NCBI GenBank assembly: GCA_051294375.1
Contig: CM119264.1
Coordinates: 6,399,624 to 6,463,623, forward strand
DNA from: Paraspadella gotoi
Taxonomy: Eukaryota > Animalia > Chaetognatha
DNA: 64,000 bases
Direction: 5' to 3'
Part shown: positions 52,013-64,000 of the stretch, piece by piece
How positions within the stretch are numbered: position 1 is the first letter of the stretch
How the letters are laid out: every line of letters begins with the position of its first letter
Program-made: the position numbers and the translations under genes
The notes under the pieces: generated by a model
What the model was told of the DNA's origin: nothing
What the model saw: the letters and a program-made list of their open reading frames with translations, nothing else
Databases searched by the model: none

Positions 52013-55000
52013 AGACGAATCTAATCATTTCTGTTAGAAAGCAAGTAAAAGAATAGAATCTGATGATGAACAAGAACAACAAGAATGAATCTGTCAGAGA
52101 ACAAAGAGTGGAATCTGCTTGCGAGCAATGAGTGGAATGTTGAAAGGACTGGAAATCAATTATGGGAAATTCCAACAAAAGTCAAGACCCAGGAGCCTAC
52201 CGATTTTAGCTCCAGCCCCAAATTCTCGTCACTTGGAGTGAGAGACATGGTGGAAGATGAATAGTGGCTTGGGCTCTTTCAAGACTGCGGAAAACAAATC
52301 AAATACAAACATGGAATCTGAAAACATGAAACCAAAATTCAAATGATGAAATGATCGCCATCCGCGCAAAACACTTACCTTCACAAACAAATTGGTGGGC
52401 GTCCCTCCTGATCTTCATTGAGGTTGATGGAACAGAAAGATTATCCTGGACTTCACTCCTCTCTTACAAAGCAGGTTTCCCAGTGAAAAGTAGACTGCCA
52501 CAGACATGAACCAACGATCTGATTGCAAAGAAAAGAATTCCCAAACCAAAAATAAGTTGCCACAGACATGGAACCAACAATTCACGGCAAGCCACGGCAC
52601 CACGCTCCTCCCAAGCGCTTCTGGCACCAGCGCGACCGCCCACTTCCGGAACCTGACAAGCCCATGGAAACAAGGAGAAGCAACGCATGGAAGCATCAAA
52701 TACGAATAGCAGAAAGAGACGCGGCGTCGTCTCGCAAAAAAAAACACAAGAACAAAAAAAATCCAATATTTACGCTTGAAATCACGATCAAAGGAAAAAA
52801 CGAGACGCTGTGATAGGGGATATTGGGCATGGGAACTTCGCACTAACAGCACTCACCATTGTTGTAAATACTTTTTCGTTTTTTTTTGTTTTTTTTTTGT
52901 CCCTCTTTTGTTTGCCTTACCTTCTTTCTATCATTTCCAAATTCGTTTTTTTTACTTATTTAGCCCGTGTCTATGTATGTCCAAGTCCATCATAATTTAC
53001 TACTGTTCCTATGAATTGATTTTCTCTCTGTCATGACTGTTGAATTATTGATACCCCCCCCCCTTCCCCTCCACCCAATTTTTTTGCGTTTTTACTCACC
53101 TGCATCACACTCGCCCATGCCACCGTTAGGTTTTTTTTTTCACCTACGACCACATGGCACGTGCACGAGGCAGCCCGGGCCATTTCGGGGCGGCGGTGTA
53201 GGCCTCTCGGGCAAATTTATGGGCGGTGAGAGAGGAGGAGGCGACGCGAAGATCTTTCCTTCCCCTCCATTTCGCTTCCTTCTCCTTTTCGATCGGAGTG
53301 CTGGGCGAAGGGCGCTCCCGCGCCCGAGCACGAGATTTTTTCCATTCTAGTTTCACTTCCCACTCTCTCTCCTCCAGTAAGAACCTATTTCCACGTTCTC
53401 TAGTATTTTATTATTCTTTCGTGTTCGTTTTTTCATACCATACGCTTCACCACTACTCTCGTGTTTATTACTTTAGCCCGAGTCTATTTCAGTTCATCAT
53501 CACGTCGTCGTCGTCTTTTGCTCTTCCCACTGGGCTCGTAAGACCTTCGACGTTGCACAGATGCTTTACAGATGCACCAGATTGAGAAACGTCAATTTCA
53601 AGTTGATGTTCCCAAAAGTATTTTGACTAGCGATTTGAATATTATCTAATGGAGAATTTAATCTCTCTTTCTTTCTCCTCTTCATGAGGGGTGTGTCAAA
53701 AATCAATTGTCATCCGCTAATCCGCTCGTTTTATAAAAGGAAGACTTGTGTTTTCTCTCCCTCCTCTCTTCTCTTCTCTCTCTCCTCTCCTCTCTCTCGT
53801 CTCTCTCTCTCTTCTCTCTCCTCTTTCCCTTCTTCGCACTATCTCTTTCCTTGTCTTTTTTCCTTCCATCATTAAAGGCGAAGCGTGTTTGAAAAATTAT
53901 GTCGCAGGCAAATCCATTGGCCTATTCCGTAGCCAGTTCAGTTGGCCTGATCGCCTTGGTCGTAGCCGCGCAACTCTCAACAATCATATCCAGACTCTCA
54001 TCCTCATAATTTCTGGCCCTCAACCTTTCATCTTGGAAGCAAAAAATTTTGCGATGACGATGGATAACGAAAAGGATGACTGCAATGAATTGGATTGATG
54101 ATGATGATATGATGATGATGATTGAATGATGTGATGATTTGATGATGAGAGATGATGGATGATGAATAGTACTGAGAGGAGGGAAATCTACATTAACACA
54201 ACCACCCATAATTGATTTCCCAACTTCGATTCGAAACCATTCTACTATCTAGCCAGCAGGATCGTTTCATCCGGTCGCATCCATCCATTCATCCATCTGT
54301 CCTTCAATAATCAATCCAATATCTCTTTCCAGTCTTTGCCCTCGATACTCATCAATCATTTAACGCTATCCGTTCTCTCCCTTTTTTTTTCAGAGGGAGA
54401 CAAAAACCGTTCGATCGACCGATCAATCTAACCAAGTACATCTTCAAGCAGAGCCGGAAATAAGTACGTGGGCTTCACCGTCAGGACGTGCAGTAATATA
54501 AACGGCGAGCAGGATCTCATTAATTTCTTTCGTTTCGTTGCCTTGAAACTCCGCCAACCTTTCTTCGGGAAAAAATTACATAAATTTAAATTTTTTAATT
54601 CGTAATTACTTCGTAATAGTTCGACTGGATTTACGGCAGGATCAAGACTATATGACGTCTTTTCCGCTGTCGGTTGTTCAAGAGTTCGTAAGATGGATAA
54701 TAAAATATTTTTTTTTGTTGTTTTTTTCTTTTTAAACGGTTGGAGATGGAAAACTTCACCCCGAAATTTATTTTTTTCTTCACTAATTTGAATACGTTAT
54801 CATAAAACGGACTTGAGTTTCCTATCAATTTTCAATTTTTTGGAAATTATTAACTAAGTCAATCTCGGTTACCTCCTCGGATCCCAGCGTGACCAATTGG
54901 ATCTCGTCGCTACTTCAGATTCAGAGGTCTCGCTCGAACAATGCTTTTAAATTCAAATCTTGGAATTCAATTTCGAAATAAAAGATTGGTTCGCGACTTT

Positions 55001-55138
55001 TCATTACATAATTTCAGCCTCAACACGATTTTTTATTCTACGTCTTACCTATCAAAATGGATACACATGATGTTGTTAAAGTATAAAAAAAATATAATCG
55101 TTAGAATAATTAAATTAAACAATATTGATTACAAACAA

Positions 55139-56138
55139 ATGGTGAAGAGCATTTCATTTCGATCGATCCATTTTTTTCCTGGGGCGTCGCTGAAACTGCC
55201 ACCTCCTACGTTCTCGTCAACAGCATCCATGACCTCGCATTCGCCTCGATCTCTCTGCCCCGTCGCCACCGGGATAATTTATTCTTCGTCGAGGCATTCG
55301 TCTGCTGCCCTCTTCCCCTGGTCTTCCACTCGCCCCGTCCGGAACTGGGACTGGACTCGTTCGCCAGTGGATCTCCTTTCGTGGCGCTCGCGCATCGTTG
55401 GCCGCCGTCAATTTCGCTTTTATTGGCCGCCATAGGCCGCCTCCGGTCATTGGCCGCTGGGCTACTACGCCACGTTCGACTGCTCCGGTCCTTTCGCTCC
55501 CGGCTGCTGACGCGCGCAGGGCGCAGGGAAAAACCGGGCCGGGCCCGCGATCTTGGCGGGCGTGGGTCTTTGCGACGGTTCGGGATCTTCATTCGCCCGT
55601 CCCCGAGTTTATTTCCGGCCGCCGAGGACGACGTTCCGATTACGCTTACTTTACGCCATCTACAGGCGGGCGTTCTCACCCATGTCGTCTCCTTAACCTT
55701 TCGGTTTTCCCCCAGACGTCCACTGCCGTCCAACTTCCATGCACCACTTGCGTCCAGCGGCGCCGTCCGTCTCGGGCGTCCTTTCGGCGTCTTCGACGCG
55801 CCGGAGAGTTGACGGGCGTCGCCGATCAGCCGGCGCCTGGCTTCAATCTCTGTCGGCGTCATCGTCAAATCATCTTCCGCGTGGCCGCAGCAGCTCGGCT
55901 GGCGGGTGGAGCTGGAGAGACCGGCGCCGGAACGCCGGGTTGCCTAGGGAACGTTCTTCAACGCGGCCCATCATTCCGACGACGGCGCTCATACAGTCAC
56001 TCCCGTCGGTTTCTTCGTATGAGACGATGTCCGTAGTTGTGAGACGGGGTACGGCGTCCGTTCGTCGTCTCCTCGTCGTCGGCGTCGCGTTTACCGTTCA
56101 AAGCTGCGTTTGAAGCGAGTAGGATGTGCGGGAACTAG
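55139..56138 (+). pseudogene. Frameshifted inverted copy of the EamA/SLC35G-like gene (pseudogene or error-laden duplicate)
   Basis: Starts MVKSISFRSIHFF and ends ...GN-TAG like the intact copy, but spans 1000 nt versus 939 nt with many frameshifts. Confidence 0.75.
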
Positions 56139-58491
56139 TACATTAAAGAATTACTAAACAATGGTTAAATAGTTCGTTTTTTAGATTTAACTCCTAACCG
56201 CACTTTTTTTAACTTTTTTCGTAGTAATGAATTCGTAGCGGTAAAAATTAAAATTAATTAATTAAAATTGTTTTTTTTTTGAAGAACTTATTCGAGCAGT
56301 TAAAACCATGTATGCTAATATGAGTTAAAAAAAACATTTACTTGTTTTTATTACTGTGTACTTGTGTTAAATCTCAGAATGAAAAAAATAAAACGAATAG
56401 AAACTTCTTTGAACATTATACCACTCATTGGATTTAGACAGAGCCAGGATAAGTCTTGATGAGAAGCTTGCAGGGACCTGCTATGTCATATCTTGTAAGA
56501 GATGGAGGCCCTTAAACCACCAAAGTCTGTCCAAAGTCAGGGGTAAGCGATAGCTTATTTATGTATTAAAGAATGGCTTTCTTTATGGTCCGTACCAATT
56601 TCATTTAAAAGTAAATTCTCTGTTGCTTTAAATGTCATTTCTCGTTACTGGGAATCGAGTTAAAAAACGAAATCATGAAACTTAGTCGTAGATTTAAAAA
56701 CTCGCTCCCTATAAAAAATAGGAATCGACATACCCCCTACCGGTCTTATCGGCGGTTGCCATCACGAAAACTAAAAAACAAAAGATTTTTCGTCCGTCGT
56801 CTCTCCCTAACACGACGTGGCATCCATTATCTTTCAAATTTCTGAATTACAGTTTGACGCGAATTGATGCATTTTCGCGTGGGATTTTCGGTCGCGGGTT
56901 TTGTTCGCGTCCCGTTGTCGTCGTCGTTGTCGGCGTGTGGTCGTCGTCGTCTTCGATACCAGTCCGTCGAACCCATTTGGTTGTCATGTCCTCTGTTTTT
57001 TTTCAATTGATTTTTTTCTGCGTAAACTTTGGCAAGTTTAGCTTGCGTGACAAAAAAAGTAAAAGTAAAAAGTTGTGGGATACTTAGTCCAGCCCACTTA
57101 CCGGCTTATCCACACTGCGTGAGTAAGGCGTAGCTAAAATTTTCTAATTTAACTTGAATTAAATTTTCTAAACAGTTGAGGAACGACAAACATTATACTA
57201 ATGACATTTATGCTAATAAAAAAATTTATAATAGATTAAATTTTACCAAATTTTACGCAGTAGAGCCCATAAATTTATACCTAGTACATAAAACCAATAA
57301 ATAGGTATAAAGAATTTTAAACAGTTTTTTCTTAGATTTGTTTGGCCAGATTGGGATCGGGTCATAACAAAAGGTTTTGATTAAAAGAAATATAATTCTT
57401 TTTTGGAAAATTTCCTTCCATTAAGGGCGGGTCAAAAATAAAAAAGCTATATTTTAAGTGAAAATTAACTTTTATATATTAAATTATAGTTTTTTTTTAA
57501 TTTTAACCCACTTAATGAAAGAATTTTTAAAAATGATTTATATTTTCTTTTATCAACTTTTGACGAGGAATCCAAAATCTGCAATCAAAATTATAGAAAA
57601 GCCTATTTTGAAAATTTTTGATTCTTATAAGGATAGTACTATATATAAATATAGCCTACTGCAAAATAAAAAAACATAAAATGACATTTTTTTTTACAAA
57701 TTAATGGTTCTTACTGATGGGTATGTTGGTTCATTAATTGACTTTTAGGAATTTTCGTATTGTACTTGTTCACTACGCCTTACTGTGAGCCGGTGTGATT
57801 TTTTTCGCTGTATTTATTATTCAGTTCGACAGTTTCCTTTATTTATATTTTGTTTTATCACAGTGGTAATCATTATTCACGAAGTAACAGTGATAAACAG
57901 AAAGAATAGCCCAAAAATGACCAATCAAAGCCAACTATGTTACACATCATTCAACCCTCCACCCTTTTCCCTCCGATCCAGTTGTCGGCAGACCGGGAGA
58001 TACCAAATGCCGGGCAACAGCCCTTCGTCGCCAATATGCTCGTCCGGTGCCTCATCCCAACTGCACATCGAGGGAGACGCCGAGGTTGGACGGGAGATCC
58101 AACAGACGCGCCACCTTACTTGTCCAGGTCCGTTTATTCCTTTATTTATAGTATAGGCTATTTTTTTAACTATTAATTTTTTTTGTGGGGGAAAAATGTC
58201 GGATATGGTTTATAGTTTGCATCAGTTTCTTTCTCAGTTAATAATAGGATTGTCAGTTACTTATTGATTTGACTTCTCGATATAATTTACCCGTCCGACC
58301 GATTTTCCCACTGATGTCAACACGGGTTTCGAATTGCCTAAATGAGGCCCGCTTCTCATAAAGCCTATCCCTTTGCCACTCGCCCCCCCCCTACATAGAA
58401 GAGAAACTCGCCTTCATGGAAAATCTTCCTCACAACAAGCGACATTGCGAGGCCAATTTATGAAAACCAAATGATCTTCTCCGTCTCTCTT

Positions 58492-58559
<68 letters not shown>

Positions 58560-60906
58560 TCCTCTCTCTCTCTAGCCCCCCTTATATCGTTTCCCTGTTA
58601 GCGCAATTCGCATTAANNNNNNNNNNNNNNNNNNNNNNNNNGGGGGGGGGCGAGTGGCGAAAAGGGGATAGGCTTTGATGAGAAGCGGGCCTCATTTAGG
58701 AATCGAACCCGGTGTTGACATCAGTGGGAAAATGTCCGACGGTAAATTATATACGGATTTATTATTTATTATTTATTATTCGGCCTATAAGGAGAAGTCA
58801 AAATCAATAAGTAACTGACAATCCCTATTATTAACTGAGAAAGAGAACTGATCAACTAAATTTAAAACCATATCCGACATTTTTCCCCACAAAAAAAATT
58901 AATAGTTAAAAAAATAGGCCTATACTATAAATAAAGGAATAAACGGACCTGACAAGTGAAGGTGGCCGTCTTGTTGATCTCCAACTCGGCGTCCTGCGAT
59001 GTGCACTTGGGATGAGCAACGACGAGCAGATTGGCGACGAGGCTGTTGCCGCATTTGTATCTCCCGTTGTCCGACAACGTGGAAATCGGAGGAAAAGGGT
59101 GAGGTTGAATGATTGTGTAACATAGTTGGCTTTGATTGGTCATTTTTGGCATATTCTATCTGTTTATTCACTGTTACTTACGAGTGAATATATGAATTAC
59201 ACATGTGATAAAAACGAAAGATAGTAAATAAGAGGAAAACCTTGTCGAACTGAATAATAAATAAAGCGAAAAAAATCACCGGCTCACCAGTAAGGCGTAG
59301 TGAAAGTACATACGAAAAATTCTAAAAGTCAATTAATGGAACCACATACCCATCAAGTAAGAACCATTAATTTGTAAAAAAAATTGTATTTTATGTTTTT
59401 TTATATTTTGCAGTAGGCTATATTTATATATAGTACTATCCTTATAGAAATCAAAAATTTTCAAAATAGGCTTTTCTATAATTTTGATTGCAGATTTTGG
59501 ATTCCTTCGTCATAAAGTTGATAAAAGAAAAATATAAATCATTTTTAAAAATTCTTTCATTAAGTGGTTAAAAGATTAAAAAAGAACTCATATTTAATAT
59601 ATAACAATAGTTAATTCTCAGGCTTAAATATAGCTTTTTTAATTTTGACCCGCACCTTAGATGGAAGGAAATTTTCCAAAAAAGAATTATATTGTCTTTT
59701 ATCAACCTTTTTATGACGATCCCAAATGTCTGGCCAAAAAATCTAAGAAAAAACTGTTTAAAATTTTAACCATTTATTGGTTTTAGTACTAGTATAAATA
59801 TGGCCTATCATGCGTAAAATTTGGTAAAATTAATTATTATAATTTTTTTATTACATAAATGTTCATGTAGTGAAAATGTTGTTCGTTCGTGCCGATCTTG
59901 TTAGAATTTTAATTAAAGTTAAATTTAGAAATTTTACTACGCCTTACTCACCAGTGTGGATAAGGCGGTAAGTGGGCTGAAAACTAGTATCCACAACTTT
60001 TACTTTTACTTTTTTGTCCAACGCAGCTAAACTTGCCAAAGTTACGCCAAGAAAAAAATAAAAAACATTGAAAAAAAAAAAGACGACATGACAACAATGG
60101 GTTCGACGACGACGACGACGACGACCACAACGACGACAACGACGACGACAACGACGACGACAAAACCGCGACGAAATCCCACGGAAATCATCAATTCGCG
60201 TCAAACTGTAATTCAGAATTTGAAAAGATAATGGATGCCACGTCGTTGTTAGGGATGAGAACGACGACGAAAATCTTTTTTTTTTAGTTTCGTGATGGAA
60301 CCCCGATAAGACCGTAGGGGGTATTCGATTCCTATTTTTTATAGGACGAGTTTTAATCTACGACTAAGTTTTCATTGATTTCGTTTTTTTAAACTCGATT
60401 CCCAGTAACGAGAAATGACATTTAAGCAAAGAGAATTTACTTTTATGAAATTGGTACGACCAATATAAGAATTAGCCATTCATTTAATACATAAATAAGC
60501 TATCTTACCCCTGACTTTGGACAGACTTTGGTGGTTTAAGGCCTCCATCACTCTTACAAGATATGACATAGCAGGTCCCTGCAAGCTTCTCAATCAAGAC
60601 TATCTGGCTTCTCTATCAATGAAGTGGTATAATGTTTCAAAGAATGTTTCTATTGTATTTATTTTTTTCATTCTGAGATTTAACAACAAGTACCACAGTA
60701 AAAAACAAGTAAATGTTTTTTTTTACTCATATTAGCTACAACTGTTTTAACTCTCGAATAAGTTTCAGAAAAAAAAACAATTTTAATTAATTAATTTTAA
60801 TTTTACCTACGAATTCATTACTACGAAAAGTTAAAAAGTGCGTTAGGATGTTTAAATTAAAAAAACGAAACTAATTTAACCATTGTTTAGTTAATTCTTT
60901 ATTGTA

Positions 60907-61845
60907 CTAGTTCCCGACATCCTCTCGCTTCAACCACTTTGAAACGGTAACGACGACGACGACGAGGAAGACGACGACGACGCCGACCGTCTCCACTACG
61001 GACATCGTCTCATCGAAGAAACCGAACGACATGAGCGCCGTCGTCGGAATGATGGCCGCGTTGAAGACGTTCCCTAGCAACCCGGCGTTTCCGGCGCCGG
61101 TCTCCTCCAGCTCCACGCAGCCGAGCTGCTGCGCCACGCGGAAGATATTTGACATGACGCCGACAGAGATGAGCCCGAGCGCGCTGATCGGCGACGCCGT
61201 CAACTCCGGCGCGCCGAAGACGCCGAAAAGGACGCCGAGGACGACGGCGCCGCTGACCAAGTGGATGCATTGGAAGTTGGACCAGTGGACGTCGGGGAAA
61301 AAACCGAAAAGGTAAGGAGACGACATGGTGACGACGCCGCTGTAGATGGCGTAAAAGTAAGCGTAACTCGGAATCGTCGTCTCGCGGCCGAAAATAAACT
61401 CGGGCCGGGCGACCATGAAGATCCCGACCGTCGCAAAGACCACGCCCGCCAGATCGACGGCGCCCGGTCTTTTCCTGCGCTGCAGCGCCGTCAGCAGCGG
61501 AGCGAAAAGGAGCCCGGAGCAGTCGAACGTGGCGTAGTCGCCCAGCGGCATGACCGAGGCGGCTTGGCGCCATAAAGCGAAATTGACGGCGCCAACGATG
61601 CCGAGCGCCACGAAGGAGATCCACTTGGCGAACGAGTCCAGTCCCCAGTTCCGGACGGCGAGTGGAACCAGGGGAAGGGCAGAGACGAATTGCCCGACGA
61701 AGAAATAAAAATATCCGGTGGCGACGGGCAGAGAGATCGAGGGACGAAAGATGCAGGTCATGATGCTGTTGACGAGAACGTAGGAGGTGCAGTTCGTCAC
61801 GCCCCAGAAAAAATGGATCGATCGAAATGAAATGCTCTTCACCAT
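60907..61845 (-). CDS. EamA/DMT-superfamily transporter, SLC35G-like, intronless (312 aa from the first ATG)
   Basis: About 10 hydrophobic segments; MPLGD..F.....LFAPLL and GIFMVARPEFIFG resemble SLC35G MPL.D and GV.LI.RP.F.FG motifs; FFDE near the C-terminus; GC-rich coding island in AT-rich flanks. Confidence 0.8.
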   Translation of the reverse strand: MVKSISFRSIHFFWGVTNCTSYVLVNSIMTCIFRPSISLPVATGYFYFFVGQFVSALPLVPLAVRNWGLDSFAKWISFVALGIVGAVNFALWRQAASVMPLGDYATFDCSGLLFAPLLTALQRRKRPGAVDLAGVVFATVGIFMVARPEFIFGRETTIPSYAYFYAIYSGVVTMSSPYLFGFFPDVHWSNFQCIHLVSGAVVLGVLFGVFGAPELTASPISALGLISVGVMSNIFRVAQQLGCVELEETGAGNAGLLGNVFNAAIIPTTALMSFGFFDETMSVVETVGVVVVFLVVVVVTVSKWLKREDVGN

Positions 61846-62822
61846 TGTTTGTATCAATATTGTTTTAATTTTATTATTCTAACGATTAATATTTTTTTAT
61901 ACTTTAAACAAACACATGTGTATCCATTTTGATAGGTAAGACGTAGAATAAAAAAAATCGTGTTGAGGCTGAAAATTATGTAATGAAAAGTCGCGACCAA
62001 ATCTTTTCATTTCGAAATTGAATTCAAAAGATTTGAATTTAAAACATTGTTCGAGCGAGACCCTCTGAATCTGAAGTACGACGAGATCCAATTGGTCACG
62101 CTGGGAATCCGAGGGAGGTAAACCGAGATTGACTTAGTTAATATTTCCAAAAATTGAAATTGATAGGAAACCAAGTCCGTTTATTGATAACGTATTCAAA
62201 ATTAGTAAGAAAAAAAATAAATTCGGTTGAGTTTCAATCTCCAACCGTTTAAAAAGAAAAAAACAACAAAAAAATATATTTTATTATCACATCTTACGAA
62301 CTCTTGATCAACCGACAGCGGAAAAGACGTCATACAGTCTTGATCCCTGCGTAATCCAGTCGAAATATTACGAGTAATTCGAAGTTAAAAAATTTAAATT
62401 TATGTAATTTTTCCCGAGAAAGGTTGGCGGAGTTTCAAGGCAACGAAACGAAAGAAATTATGAGATCCTCTCGCCGTTTATTACCTGCACGTCCCTGACG
62501 GTGAGCACGTACTTATTTCCGCTCTGCTTGAAGATGTACTTGGTTAGATTGATGGTCGTATCGAACGGTTTGTCTCCTCTGAAAAAAAAAAGGGAGAGAC
62601 GGATAGACGGATTTAAATGATTGATTGAGATCGAGGGAGAAGACTGGAAAGAGATATTGATTGATTATTGAAGGACAGATGGATGAATGGATGGATGCGA
62701 CCGGATGAACAGATCAGTGCATGGATAGATAGATAAATGGTTCGAATCGAAGATTGGGAAAAATCAATTTAATGGATGGTTGTGTTAATGAATAGATTTT
62801 TCCCCAGCCTCCACTCAGTCAT

Positions 62823-62823
<1 letters not shown>

Positions 62824-62903
<80 letters not shown>
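62824..62903. repeat. (CAT)n microsatellite
   Basis: Directly visible; the matching tract in the other arm (~54097-54165) is heavily garbled. Confidence 0.95.
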
Positions 62904-62904
<1 letters not shown>

Positions 62905-63157
62905 ATTCATTGCAGTCATCTTTATCGTTATCATCGTCATCGCCATTCTTCCACAAAGATGAAGGTGAGGGCAGAAATTATGAGGATGAGAGTCTGATTA
63001 GATTTTGAGTCGCGCTACCAGGCGATCAGGCCAACTGAACTGGCCTACGGAATAGGCCAACACAAATTTTCATTTGCTTAATCGTCTTAATAAAGGAAGC
63101 TACTTGTGTTTTTTTCTCTCTCTCCTCTTCTCTCTCTCTCTCCCCGCTCTCTCTCTT

Positions 63158-63190
<33 letters not shown>

Positions 63191-63194
63191 TCTC

Positions 63195-63269
63195 TTTCTT
63201 TCTCTCTTCATGAGGGGTGATTGTCATAAACAATTTCATGCTAATCCGTCTTAAAAGGAAGCTACTTTG

Positions 63270-63362
<93 letters not shown>

Positions 63363-63440
63363 TCTTCCCTATCTCTTCCTTGTCTTTTTCCTTCCATCAT
63401 TAAAGGCGACGTGTTGAAAAATTAGTCGGATGCAAAATCA
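63195..63440 (+). repeat. Direct repeat of 53670-53915
   Basis: ttcatgaggggtg...ctaatccg...aaaaggaag...(CT)n...ccttccatcattaaaggcga occurs at both places. Confidence 0.8.
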
Positions 63441-64000
63441 GTTACGCCTGGTTTCAGGTTGCCAGGTCAATACATGGCGTCCTGATTAGANNNNNNNNNN
63501 NNNNNNNNNNNNNNNNNNNNNNNNNNNNNNNNNNNNNNNNNNNNNNNNNNNNNNNNNNNNNNNNNNNNNNNNNNNNNNNNNNNNNNNNNNNNNNNNNNNN
63601 NNNNNNNNNNNNNNNNNNNNNNNNNNNNNNNNNNNNNNNNNNNNNNNNNNNNNNNNNNNNNNNNNNNNNNNNNNNNNNNNNNNNNNNNNNNNNNNNNNNN
63701 NNNNNNNNNNNNNNNNNNNNNNNNNNNNNNNNNNNNNNNNNNNNNNNNNNNNNNNNNNNNNNNNNNNNNNNNNNNNNNNNNNNNNNNNNNNNNNNNNNNN
63801 NNNNNNNNNNNNNNNNNNNNNNNNNNNNNNNNNNNNNNNNNNNNNNNNNNNNNNNNNNNNNNNNNNNNNNNNNNNNNNNNNNNNNNNNNNNNNNNNNNNN
63901 NNNNNNNNNNNNNNNNNNNNACGACGACGACGACGACGACGACGACGGCGTTAATTTGAAGGAAAACAAGGATTGCCTTTGGCGGAAATTTTCTTCTTCG

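Larger units (their letters stand above)
53918..63060. repeat. Large inverted duplication: arms ~53918-58392 and ~58642-63060, ~250-nt spacer including a 25-N gap
   Basis: The arms are reverse complements wherever I compared them (e.g. ttggcctattccgtagccagttcagttggcctgatcgcc at 53918 versus its complement near 63020-63060; gccactcgccccccc at ~58375 versus gggggcgagtggc at ~58646). Confidence 0.95.

Noticed and set aside
52150-52760. Purine-rich, coding-looking stretch suggestive of a LINE ORF1 remnant
   Set aside because: No intact zinc knuckle, endonuclease or RT motif could be read.
58690-58740. GGTTCGATTCC B-box-like motif on the minus strand (similar motifs near 10280 and 13612)
   Set aside because: No cloverleaf or clear A-box; at most a decayed tRNA-derived SINE, not a tRNA gene.

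Overview
AT-rich, microsatellite-laden eukaryotic (almost certainly invertebrate animal) draft sequence with about a dozen N-gaps and many single-base indels typical of low-coverage long-read consensus; most short ORFs in the supplied track are noise. I can support four protein-coding loci: (1) a spliced SLC16/monocarboxylate-transporter-like MFS gene on + (7.5-16.4 kb, first exon not found); (2) a large spliced immunoglobulin-superfamily gene on - (at least 18.5-43.8 kb, Ig domains then probably FN3, nephrin/sidestep-like layout); (3) an intronless 511-aa 2'-5' oligoadenylate-synthetase-like (OAS/cGAS-superfamily) nucleotidyltransferase on + (36324-37859) with an intact catalytic triad and an unexplained ~180-aa C-terminal extension, lying antisense inside an intron of the Ig gene beside a decayed MULE-like transposon; (4) an intronless EamA/SLC35G-like transporter (60907-61845, -) inside a ~4.4-kb-armed inverted duplication whose other arm carries a frameshifted copy (likely an assembly artefact). 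Non-coding highlights are a minimal type I hammerhead ribozyme of the Penelope-like-element type (6794-6835, -) next to an inverted pair of decayed hammerhead motifs, two local tandem duplications and several minisatellites. All calls come from reading the sequence by eye; no searches were run.
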